A stretch of 62,890 nucleotides of DNA, filler included, from Thermodesulfobacteriota bacterium (GTDB taxonomy: Bacteria > DASVDK01), in NCBI GenBank assembly GCA_036381125.1. It is 7 parts of 7 records of this genome, joined end to end, with 100 filler letters (N's around TTAATTAATTAA, not from the genome) between each part and the next. Parts side by side here need not be neighbours in the genome. Positions count along the whole stretch, not along the records: positions 1 to 19,350 come from DASVDK010000017.1; 6 more parts are not named here. The stretch is one strand, 5' to 3'. Of the stretch, positions 1-10,774 are shown in pieces (position 1 is the first letter of the stretch; the number at the start of each line of letters is the position of its first letter). A program made the position numbers and the translations under genes. Under the pieces are notes generated by a model. It had not been told where the DNA came from and made no database searches. It saw only the letters and a program-made list of their open reading frames with translations.

Positions 1-845
1 CGGCGGTCGAGCACGCCGGCGATGACCTCGCAGGGTAGCCCCGGCCCGGCCCACGACCGGTCGGCCTTCGGGTAGGTCGACCCGGGGACGTACGGGCACC
101 GGTCGCAGTCGGGCGTCTCCTCCGGGCAGACCTGCACCCGCAGCGCGTTCACCACGTCGGCCGCGCGCGACTGGCTGATGTAGCCCGCGAGCGGCACGCC
201 CGCCTCGCGCAGCCGCTCGAAGCGCGCGAGGTAGTCGTCGAGGAACGTGTCGGGCACCGCGCGGCTGTTCTCGGCGCCCCAGCGGATGAGGCTGCCGTCG
301 ATCAGGCCGACGACGTGCTCGCGCCCCTCCTCGCGCGCCGCGAGGGCGAGCCCCACCAGGTGGTCCAGCTCGGCGAGGCTGCGCTTGAGGCCGAGCAGCT
401 CGCCGGTCACCGGCACGCGCCGACCGCCCACCACGACGGCGATGTCCGCCTCCTCGTGGCACAGGCGCGGGTGGCTCTCGAGGAACGCGCACGGCGCGCC
501 CGCCGGCTCGCCGTAGTGCAGCACCACCGTGCCCACGTTGAGCACGTAACAGGCGAGCCCCTCGTGGTGGTCCGGCTCGATCTGCGAGCCGTCGACGCCG
601 ATCGCCGTGACGCGCGCCGGCAGCGGCGGGGGCGGCGTCGCCTCGCCGGGCGGTCCGGGGAGTCGCGCCACGAGCCACGACGTCTTCGCGCGATCGGTCT
701 TGGCCACGAGCGGCTCGGGCGCCTCGGTCGCCTTCGCCAGCTCCTCGCGCGCCCGCCGTAGCTCGGCGCCGCTGCGCGCCAGCGCCTCCGCCTCGGCGTC
801 GCCGAGCGCCTGGATCTGCGCCGCGAGTCGCCCCAGGTCGAGCAT
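1..845 (-). CDS. nurA: NurA-domain nuclease (3' end runs off the window)
   Basis: Manual translation from ATG 845: MLDLGRLAAQIQALG...VTAIGVDGSQIEPDHH...VGLIDGSLIRWG...LAGYISQSR. The VDGS, IDGSL and GYIS motifs are typical of NurA. GGAGG RBS upstream. Not in the ORF track because there is no stop in the window. Confidence 0.8.
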   Translation of the reverse strand, partial: MLDLGRLAAQIQALGDAEAEALARSGAELRRAREELAKATEAPEPLVAKTDRAKTSWLVARLPGPPGEATPPPPLPARVTAIGVDGSQIEPDHHEGLACYVLNVGTVVLHYGEPAGAPCAFLESHPRLCHEEADIAVVVGGRRVPVTGELLGLKRSLAELDHLVGLALAAREEGREHVVGLIDGSLIRWGAENSRAVPDTFLDDYLARFERLREAGVPLAGYISQSRAADVVNALRVQVCPEETPDCDRCPYVPGSTYPKADRSWAGPGLPCEVIAGVLDR

Positions 846-889
846 GGTCAGGCCCGAGCCTCCATGCGCTCCACCTTACCTCGGCGTAC

Positions 890-908
890 CCTGACAGGGC
901 GTGTCAGG
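890..908. promoter_or_regulatory. Inverted repeat CCTGACA-N5-TGTCAGG, candidate operator upstream of nurA
   Basis: Perfect 7-bp arms. On the minus strand it lies just upstream of a TAAGGT -10-like hexamer preceding nurA. Confidence 0.45.
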
Positions 909-1043
909 CTCCCGCCCATCCCTCGGGACGTGGATGCCCATCCGCGAAGCTCCGGAACGGGCCTCTCGCCTGCGGCTCGCGGCCCTCGACCGGCTCTGCC
1001 CGGCGGCCCCGGCGACGCGGGAAGCCGCAACGGCCTGCCCCAC

Positions 1044-1067
1044 GGAAAATGGAAAGACCTGACCCCC
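1044..1067 (-). repeat. Dispersed REP-like repeat GGGGGTCAGGTCTTTCCATTTTCC
   Basis: Same sequence as the tandem copies at 8613-8661. Lies just downstream of the gyrB stop. Confidence 0.75.
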
Positions 1068-1078
1068 TCCGTGCCCGG

Positions 1079-4212
<3,134 letters not shown>

Positions 4213-4375
4213 GAGCTACTCCCTCCGTCGACCTTCGGGGCCGGGGCCGGCGGACCGCAGGAGCGCTCGCGGCGCCGACACGGCCTCCCGGACACCCCCG
4301 GCTCGCGGCGCGGTCACCTCGCGCCGCTCTCCTCCCGCATACGATACAAAAGTCTAGGTCACGAAAAGGCAGTCG

Positions 4376-5512
4376 TCAAGCCGTCCCGGCCACGCGGCGG
4401 ACCCGGGAGGCCACGCGGCCGGCCACCGATCGGCGCGCGGCCTCGTTCGAGAGACGGCCGGGGTCGATCTCGATCACCGACGCCCGGGGGAGGCGCCGCA
4501 ACCACCGCGCGACGATGATCAACTCGTCGAGGTCCTCCCGCGTGAGCGCCGCCGACCGGCCCGCCGGCCGAAGGGCGGCCTCCGGCCTCGGCGCAAGGCC
4601 GCCGAGGAACCCGAGCACCTCCGGCACGAGCTCCAGCGGCCCTCGTCCCGCGGCCGGGATCCGGGTCTCGCCGGCCAGGAGCCCGTCCTCGATCAGGAAC
4701 AGCTCGGCGACGCCGGGCGTCGAGCCCCGGCCGATCGCCACCGCGGTCCGCCGGGCCAGCGCCTCGGCCAGCAGCGCCTGGCGATCGACGATACCGCGGA
4801 CGAGCGTCAGGTCGTCCCTCAGCCTGGCCGCCCGCTCGAACTCGAGCCGCTCGGCCGCCGCCGTCATCTCGGCCTCGAGTCGGGCCGCCAGGTCGACCGC
4901 GTCTCCTCTCAGGAACCGCAGCGCCGCGTCGACCACGGCCCCGTAACCGCGCATGTCGATGAGGCCCGCGCAGGGCGCGGCGCACCGGCCGATCTGCCCT
5001 CGCACGCAGGGCCGGCGGGTGCGGAAGAGGCCGATCGGCTCGTCGCAGGTTCGCAGCGGGAACAGCCGGTGCACGAGGTCGAGCGCCGCCTCCACCGTGC
5101 GCCCGCTCGCGAAAGGCCCGAGGTACAGCGCGCCGTCCTGCACCGGCCGCCGCGTGGCCACGACCCGCGGGAACGGCTCGCCCGCCTCGACCTTGATGAA
5201 CGCGAAGCTGCGATACCCGCGCCCCTGGGAGTTGTACCTCGGAGCGAAGCGTTTGATGAGTCGGCTTTCGAGCAGGAGGGCGGCAAGCTCCGACCCGGTC
5301 TCCTGCACCTCGATCCGGTCGACCTCGGCGACGATCCGCCGGACCTTGGGCACCGCCTCCGCCGCGGCCGGCGCGAAGTACGAGCGCACCCGCTCGCGAA
5401 GCGAGTTCGCCTTGCCGACGTAGATGACCTCGCCGGTCCGGTTGCGCATGAGGTACACGCCCGGACCCTGCGGAAGCTGCCGAACCGTCTCGCGGAGGTT
5501 GCCGAGGGCCAT
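4376..5512 (-). CDS. UvrC N-terminal-like (Cho-type) GIY-YIG endonuclease with UVR domain
   Basis: LPQGPGVYLM..VIYVGKANSLRERVRSYF, ALLLESRLIK..PRYN, YLGPF, four-Cys region (C..RPC..GRCAAPC) and UVR motif MTAAAERLEFERAARLRD. No RNase H-like or HhH domain. Confidence 0.85.
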   Translation of the reverse strand: MALGNLRETVRQLPQGPGVYLMRNRTGEVIYVGKANSLRERVRSYFAPAAAEAVPKVRRIVAEVDRIEVQETGSELAALLLESRLIKRFAPRYNSQGRGYRSFAFIKVEAGEPFPRVVATRRPVQDGALYLGPFASGRTVEAALDLVHRLFPLRTCDEPIGLFRTRRPCVRGQIGRCAAPCAGLIDMRGYGAVVDAALRFLRGDAVDLAARLEAEMTAAAERLEFERAARLRDDLTLVRGIVDRQALLAEALARRTAVAIGRGSTPGVAELFLIEDGLLAGETRIPAAGRGPLELVPEVLGFLGGLAPRPEAALRPAGRSAALTREDLDELIIVARWLRRLPRASVIEIDPGRLSNEAARRSVAGRVASRVRRVAGTA

Positions 5513-5594
5513 GCCGTGCATGCCTGCCAGGCGACCGCTCCGGGCGCCTCCTCCGGAAGGGATCGCCCGAGCAGCGACCGAAGGGGCAGGCACT

Positions 5595-7025
5595 CTAGCG
5601 CATCTGGATTTCCGACACCAGGCTCTCGACCTCCTCCTTGAACGCGCGGTCCTCCTGCATGCGCGACTCGACCTTCTGCCACGCGTGGAAGACGGTGGCG
5701 TGGTCGCGATCGCCGAACTGCCGCCCGACCTCCGACTTGGAGGCGTGCGCCAGGAGGAGGCTCAGGTACATGGCGATGTGCCGCGGGCCGACCACCGTGC
5801 CCTCGCGTCGCTTCGACGTGAGGTCGGCCACGTCGAGCTGGTAGCGGTCGGCGACGGCGCGCTGCACGTCGTCGATCGTGATCGTCTGCGGCTCGCTGCC
5901 GATGAAGTCCTGGAGCACCCTGCGCGCGACGTCCGCGGTGACCGGCATGCCGGTGAGCGACTGGTGGGCCGCCAGGCGCACCGCCACGCCCTCGAGCTTG
6001 CGGATGTTGTGCCCGATGCGCACGGCGACGAAGCGGGCGATGTCGTCCTTCAGGTCGAGACGCTCGAACGCCGCCTTGCTCTTCAGGATGGCGATCTTCG
6101 TCTCGACGTCGGGCGGTTGGAGGTCCGCCGTGAGCCCCATCTCCATGCGGGAGCGCAGCCGCTCCTCGAGCGTCGGGATCTCGCGCGCGGGACGGTCGCT
6201 CGCGAACACGATCTGGCGACCGCGCTCGTGCAGGTCGTTGAAGGTGTGGAACAGCTCCTCCTGCGTCGCCTTCTTCTTCGCGAGGAACTGGACGTCGTCG
6301 AGGAGCAGCACGTCCGTGGAGCGAAGCCGCTCGCGAAACGCGCTCGTGCGGCCGTTGCGGAGCGCCGCCGTGAACTCGACGAAGAGCCGCTCGGCCGGGA
6401 GATAGAGGACGCGCAGACCGGGGTTCGCGCCCGTGATGGTGTGGCCGATGGCGTGCAGGAGGTGCGTCTTGCCGAGCCCGACCCATCCGTACAGGTAGAG
6501 CGGGTTGTAGGCCTGTCCGGGGCGTGCAGCCACCGCGCGTGCAGCGGCATGGGCGAGCTGGTTCGACGGGCCGACGACGTAGGTCTCGAAGGTGAAGCGC
6601 GGATTCCATCCCGACGACGACGCCGCGTCCGGCGACTCGGCGTCCGCGCGGCGCCCCGCCCCCGGCGCCGCGAGGCCGCGCTCCCAGTGCCCGGTCCCCC
6701 CGTGCCCCGGCCCCCACCGGCCGCGTGTCGCCGTCCCGGCGACGGCGGACTCGCGCTCGAGGTCGGCCGACGCGTCGGGCGCCGGCTCGTCGTCGCTGAC
6801 GATGCGGACCCGAAGGCTTCGACCCGAGACCTGCTCGACGGCTTGCGTGATGGCGTCGAGGTAGTGGCGGGTGACCCAGCTCGCGAAGGGCCCGTTCGGT
6901 GCCTTGACCACGACCTCCGCGCGGGTCCGCTCGACCAGCACCAGAGGCTCAAACCATGTTTTGAAGTCACGCGGACCGACTTGCTGCTTCAACGCGTGCA
7001 GCGACTCGGTCCAGACGAGGTCCAT
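5595..7025 (-). CDS. dnaA: Chromosomal replication initiator DnaA or DnaA paralog (alternative start 7064)
   Basis: Domain I FKTWF, NPRFTFETYVVGPSN, YNPLYLYGWVGLGKTHLL, LLLDDVQF, RLRSR, and domain IV FGDRDHATV. Confidence 0.92.
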   Translation of the reverse strand: MDLVWTESLHALKQQVGPRDFKTWFEPLVLVERTRAEVVVKAPNGPFASWVTRHYLDAITQAVEQVSGRSLRVRIVSDDEPAPDASADLERESAVAGTATRGRWGPGHGGTGHWERGLAAPGAGRRADAESPDAASSSGWNPRFTFETYVVGPSNQLAHAAARAVAARPGQAYNPLYLYGWVGLGKTHLLHAIGHTITGANPGLRVLYLPAERLFVEFTAALRNGRTSAFRERLRSTDVLLLDDVQFLAKKKATQEELFHTFNDLHERGRQIVFASDRPAREIPTLEERLRSRMEMGLTADLQPPDVETKIAILKSKAAFERLDLKDDIARFVAVRIGHNIRKLEGVAVRLAAHQSLTGMPVTADVARRVLQDFIGSEPQTITIDDVQRAVADRYQLDVADLTSKRREGTVVGPRHIAMYLSLLLAHASKSEVGRQFGDRDHATVFHAWQKVESRMQEDRAFKEEVESLVSEIQMR

Positions 7026-7597
7026 CCGCTCGATCCCCTGTCGTTCGCACGGCCTCGCGCGCATCGCGTCCGGCGGGCCGGCTTTCTATTCCGCTCCAGA
7101 ACGAGTCTTCCACCGCGGCCGACCGCGCCATTCCGGCGCACGGCAGACGGCCCCACCCGACACGCACGGCGCGACGCCGCGTGCGTGCGCTGCGCCTCGC
7201 CTGCGCCGCAGGCGGCCCGGCTCGGGCCCGGCAGGCGACGACGTTGCCGGCAGCCGCGGCGACACGATTCCTCTTCGCGTCCCCAAACCTGCATCCGTAC
7301 AGGCTTAGCGGGCCATGACCCTCCAGAACCCGCGCTTCGAGCGGCCATCCCGTCACGCGCCGATCCGCGCTCGCGCGGCGTCGGTCCAGGGAAAAGTCCA
7401 CCCATCGGATCGCGCTTCGACTTCGGCGGGATCCTCGGAATGGCGGCCGCGGGTTGTAGGCTTAGCAAGTCAGCGCTGTCTGTTCGGACGAGTGCTGACG
7501 AGTACTCGGCCACGAGGGGAGCCGGACGCGCGCTGCCGTCGGCGTCGTGTCGCGCTCCGTCCGCCTGACGTGGCGTCGCTCGCAGTCGTGGACAGGG

Positions 7598-7626
7598 AGT
7601 CTATACCGCCATTCTATTGAGGTCAA
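7598..7626 (-). promoter_or_regulatory. Sigma70-like promoter TTGACC-N17-TAGACT facing dnaA
   Basis: Near-consensus hexamers with 17-nt spacing on the minus strand in a locally AT-richer patch. Confidence 0.55.
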
Positions 7627-7875
7627 GGCCCAACCGGACCCACGGACCTCACGTGATCGAGCGCACGCTCCTCGCGCCGGCGCCGTTCCCGCCGCGAAGC
7701 GTGCGACGGGCGTGCCTGGAAGCGGTCGGAGACCGCCGGAGCGCCAGCCGACGCGGCGCAGCGCCGCTCGCCGCAGGATGGGCCGCCGCCCCTCGGTCGC
7801 GACGAGACTCGAGTTCGCGCGGCCGGCCGGCGGTAGAGTCTCCCTGTCCCCATACGCCACGGGAGGGGCGAGGCC

Positions 7876-8604
7876 ATGCAGACCAGGATCGACGAGATCG
7901 CGGCCGGCATCTACCGGCTCTCGACGTACGTGCCCGAGATCGCGCCGCCGGACGGCTTCACGTTCAACCAGTTCCTCATCGACGCCGACGAGCCGCTCCT
8001 CTTCCACTGCGGCGCGCGGGCGCTGTTCCCCGCCGTCTCGGCCGCCGCCGCCCGCGTCGTGCCGCTCGCGCGACTGCGCTGGATCGCGTTCGGGCACGTC
8101 GAGGCCGACGAGTGCGGCGCCATGAACGCCTGGCTCGCCGCCGCCCCACGGGCCGAGGTCGCGCACGGTGCGCTCGGGTGCGCCGTGTCCATCACCGACC
8201 TTGCCGACCGCCCCCCTCGCCCCCTCGCGGACGGCGAGGTGATCGACCTCGGCGGCAAGCGCGTACGCCATCTCGATACGCCGCACGTCCCCCACGGCTG
8301 GGACGCCCGCGTCCTCTACGAGGAGGCGACCGGTACGCTCCTCTGCGGCGACCTCTTCACCCACGTCGGCAACGGCCCGGCGATCACGACCGCGGACATC
8401 GTCGGCCCGGCCGCCGCGGCCGAGGACCTGTTCGGCGCGACCGCGATCACGCCGGCCACCGCCCCGACCATCCGCCGCCTCGCGGCGCTCGCGCCCCGCA
8501 CGCTCGCCCTCATGCACGGGTCGTCCTTCTCGGGCGCCTGCGCCGACGCCCTCGAGGCCCTCGCCCGCGACTACGAGCGGCGGCTCCGGGACTCCACCGC
8601 CTGA
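7876..8604 (+). CDS. MBL-fold metallo-hydrolase (flavodiiron/ODP-like single domain)
   Basis: FNQFLI, GHVEADECG, TPHVPHGWD, LLCGDLF, ALMHGS. GGAGG RBS. Confidence 0.8.
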   Translation: MQTRIDEIAAGIYRLSTYVPEIAPPDGFTFNQFLIDADEPLLFHCGARALFPAVSAAAARVVPLARLRWIAFGHVEADECGAMNAWLAAAPRAEVAHGALGCAVSITDLADRPPRPLADGEVIDLGGKRVRHLDTPHVPHGWDARVLYEEATGTLLCGDLFTHVGNGPAITTADIVGPAAAAEDLFGATAITPATAPTIRRLAALAPRTLALMHGSSFSGACADALEALARDYERRLRDSTA

Positions 8605-8690
8605 CCCCCGACGGGGGTCAGGTCTTTCCATTTTCCACGGGGTCAGGTCTTTCCATTTTCCAGGGGGTCAGGCCTCGACGTTTTCCACGG
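8602..8690 (+). repeat. Hairpin TGACCCCCG-A-CGGGGGTCA merging into about three 25-nt tandem units GGGGTCAGGTCTTTCCATTTTCCA(C)
   Basis: Two exact cores (8614-8636, 8639-8661) and a degenerate third (8664-8686), starting at the MBL gene stop. Confidence 0.85.
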
Positions 8691-8771
8691 TCCTGCAGTC
8701 CGGGTGCCTTCCACGAGCCTGCGCTCGCCCATCGACCGGCCGGATGCGGGACGGCGAGATCGGAGGGACGG

Positions 8772-9092
8772 ATGATCGCTCGCCTCTGGCGCGGCTGGAC
8801 CACGCCGCAGAACGCGGACGCCTACGAGACCCTTCTCCGGACGGAGATCTTCCCCGGCATCGGGCGGCGCGGGATCGCCGGCTTCCTCGGGATCGAGCTG
8901 CTGCGCCGGCCGGTCGGCGAAGAGGTCGAGTTCGTCACGATCATGTGGTTCGATTCCCTCGAGGCGGTGAAGAACTTCGCCGGCGCCGACCACGAGGTCG
9001 CGGTGGTCCCCGCCGCCGCGCGCGCCGTGCTGGCGCGGTTCGACGATCGCTCGGCTCACTACGAGGTCCGGGTGCCGCGCGGTGGGTCGTGA
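8772..9092 (+). CDS. Antibiotic biosynthesis monooxygenase-like (ABM, dimeric alpha-beta barrel) protein
   Basis: MIARLWRGWTT..ADAYE..EFVTIMWFDSLEAVKNFAG..AVVP..HYEV is typical of this family. GGAGG RBS. Confidence 0.75.
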   Translation: MIARLWRGWTTPQNADAYETLLRTEIFPGIGRRGIAGFLGIELLRRPVGEEVEFVTIMWFDSLEAVKNFAGADHEVAVVPAAARAVLARFDDRSAHYEVRVPRGGS

Positions 9093-9108
9093 ACACGTCG
9101 ACCGCCGA

Positions 9109-9142
9109 TGGCCGGCGGGGCCGCGCGCGGCCCCGCCGGCCA
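9109..9142. terminator. Perfect 34-bp GC palindrome between convergent genes
   Basis: TGGCCGGCGGGGCCGCG|CGCGGCCCCGCCGGCCA; no U tract. Confidence 0.45.
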
Positions 9143-9156
9143 CGACCGGCCGATCG

Positions 9157-10062
9157 TCAGCTCGTCATCGTGGGCGCCTGCTCGTCGAGGAACTCGAGGA
9201 ACGCCTGTGCCACGGGCGAGCGGGTCCGGCCGCGCTGGGTGGCGATGAAGAACTCCCGCTCCAGCGCCAGGCCCGGCACCTTCACCTCGACCAGGCGTCC
9301 CTGCTCGAGGTCGTTCACGACGGCCCGGCGCGAGAGGAACGCGGGGCCGAGCCCGGCCAGGACGGCCTGCCGGATGGCCTCGGTGCTGCCCATCTCGGCC
9401 GCCACGCCCACCTGGTTGGTCGCGATGCCGGCCTCGCCCAGCGCCCGCTCGATCGCGTCGCGCGTGCCCGAGCCCCGCTCGCGCCAGACGAACGGCGTCC
9501 CCTTGATGTCCTCGAGCGCGATCTCCCGCCGCTCCGCCCAGGGATGCCCCGGGGCCGCGACCAGGATGATCGTGTCCCGCATGAACGGGCGCAGCTCGAC
9601 GCGCGACTCCTGCGGCCGCGCCCCCACCAGAGCCAGCTCGAGCTCGCCGTCGCCGACCGCGCGGATGATCCTCCGCGTGTCGCCGATGCGGAGCGTGACC
9701 GTCACGTGTGGCGAGCGCTGCCGGAACTGTACGATCAACGGTGGCAAGACGTACTCGCCGGGGATCGTGCTGCCGCCGATCTGCAGCTCTCCCTGAAGCG
9801 AGCCGAGGAAGTGGTCGAGCGCCTGCCGTGCCTCGTGGCGTAGCTCGAGGATCTTCCTCGCGTAGCGATACAGAATGAGGCCCGCCCTGGTAGGGACGAC
9901 CTCCTTGTCGAGCCGGTCGAGCAGTCTCGTGCCGACCTCCTCCTCGAGCGTCTTGATGTGGCCGCTGACCGTCGGCTGGGTAAGGTAGATCGCCTCGGCA
10001 GCCCTCGAGAAGGACTTGAGCTCGACGATCTTGCAGAGCACTTCGAGCTGTCGCAAGTCCAT
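9157..10062 (-). CDS. LysR-family regulator (CysL-like substrate domain)
   Basis: MDLRQLEVL..SFSRAAEAIYLTQPTVSGHIKTLEEE HTH, GGSTIPGEYVLP, REGSGTR-like motif. True start is ATG 10062. Confidence 0.9.
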   Translation of the reverse strand: MDLRQLEVLCKIVELKSFSRAAEAIYLTQPTVSGHIKTLEEEVGTRLLDRLDKEVVPTRAGLILYRYARKILELRHEARQALDHFLGSLQGELQIGGSTIPGEYVLPPLIVQFRQRSPHVTVTLRIGDTRRIIRAVGDGELELALVGARPQESRVELRPFMRDTIILVAAPGHPWAERREIALEDIKGTPFVWRERGSGTRDAIERALGEAGIATNQVGVAAEMGSTEAIRQAVLAGLGPAFLSRRAVVNDLEQGRLVEVKVPGLALEREFFIATQRGRTRSPVAQAFLEFLDEQAPTMTS

Positions 10063-10279
10063 AATGAACCCCCTCCCGGCGGGGCATGGGTCCAAGTGTA
10101 CGTCCGCTTCGGTGGACAAGGCAACGATCCGCTTCATCGAAAAGTCCCCTGGACGGGAAAATCCTTGCCGGCTCGACCCTGATAGGGTCAAGCCGCCCGA
10201 CCGCCGCGCGCGCCGCACGGGCCGGGCGCGCCGCGCCCCGCGACTTGACGCGACCACGGGCGGCTGATACGCGTAGGGC

Positions 10280-10774
10280 ATGTCGCGGCGCCCGCGCACT
10301 CCGGACCGGCTCGGCCGCATCCTCGAGCGGACGCTCGAGGGCCGTCGCCTCGGCTCCGTGCTCGTCGAGGCGGAGATCGCGGCGCGCTGGGCCGAGGCGG
10401 TGGGCGCTCAGGTCGCGGCCCGCGCTCGCCCCGAGGCGTTGCGCGACGGCGTGCTCGTCGTCCGGGTCGCCACCTCCCCCTGGCTCACCGAGCTTGCGTT
10501 CCGCAAGCCCCGGCTGCTCGAGCGGATCAACGCCGTCGCCGGCGCGCCGGCCGAGGCGCCGGTCGTGACCGACCTCAGGCTCGTCTGCGGCCCCCTGCCC
10601 GACGAGCCGCCCCGCCCGGCGGCACCGGCGCCGAAGGCGCTCACGCCCGAGCAGGGGCGCCTGGTGGACGCCATCACCCGCGAGTGCGACGACCCGGGCG
10701 TCAGGGAGGCGATCGCCCGCGCGCTGGCGCGCGCGCTGACCTCCCGCCCGCTCGAGCCCGACACGCGCGGATGA
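10280..10774 (+). CDS. DUF721/DciA-family helicase-loader-like protein
   Basis: RWAEAVGAQVAARARPEALRDGVLVVRVATSPWLTELAF..LLERIN is the typical DUF721 pattern. Confidence 0.75.
   Translation: MSRRPRTPDRLGRILERTLEGRRLGSVLVEAEIAARWAEAVGAQVAARARPEALRDGVLVVRVATSPWLTELAFRKPRLLERINAVAGAPAEAPVVTDLRLVCGPLPDEPPRPAAPAPKALTPEQGRLVDAITRECDDPGVREAIARALARALTSRPLEPDTRG

Noticed and set aside
1-845. NurA as part of a HerA-NurA or defence system
   Set aside because: The gene runs off the window and no herA partner is visible, so this cannot be supported.
4213-4375. SOS box upstream of lexA
   Set aside because: I saw no CTGT-N8-ACAG, GAAC-N4-GTTC or other convincing palindrome.
4376-5512. Full-length uvrC
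   Set aside because: Only about 380 aa; lacks the RNase H-like and HhH domains.
7026-7875. oriC or a known ncRNA (tRNA, tmRNA, RNase P, SRP) upstream of dnaA
   Set aside because: I saw no consensus DnaA-box cluster, AT-rich element or recognisable RNA signature.
8613-8690. Tandem 25-nt units as a CRISPR array
   Set aside because: There are no unique spacers between repeats and no cas genes.
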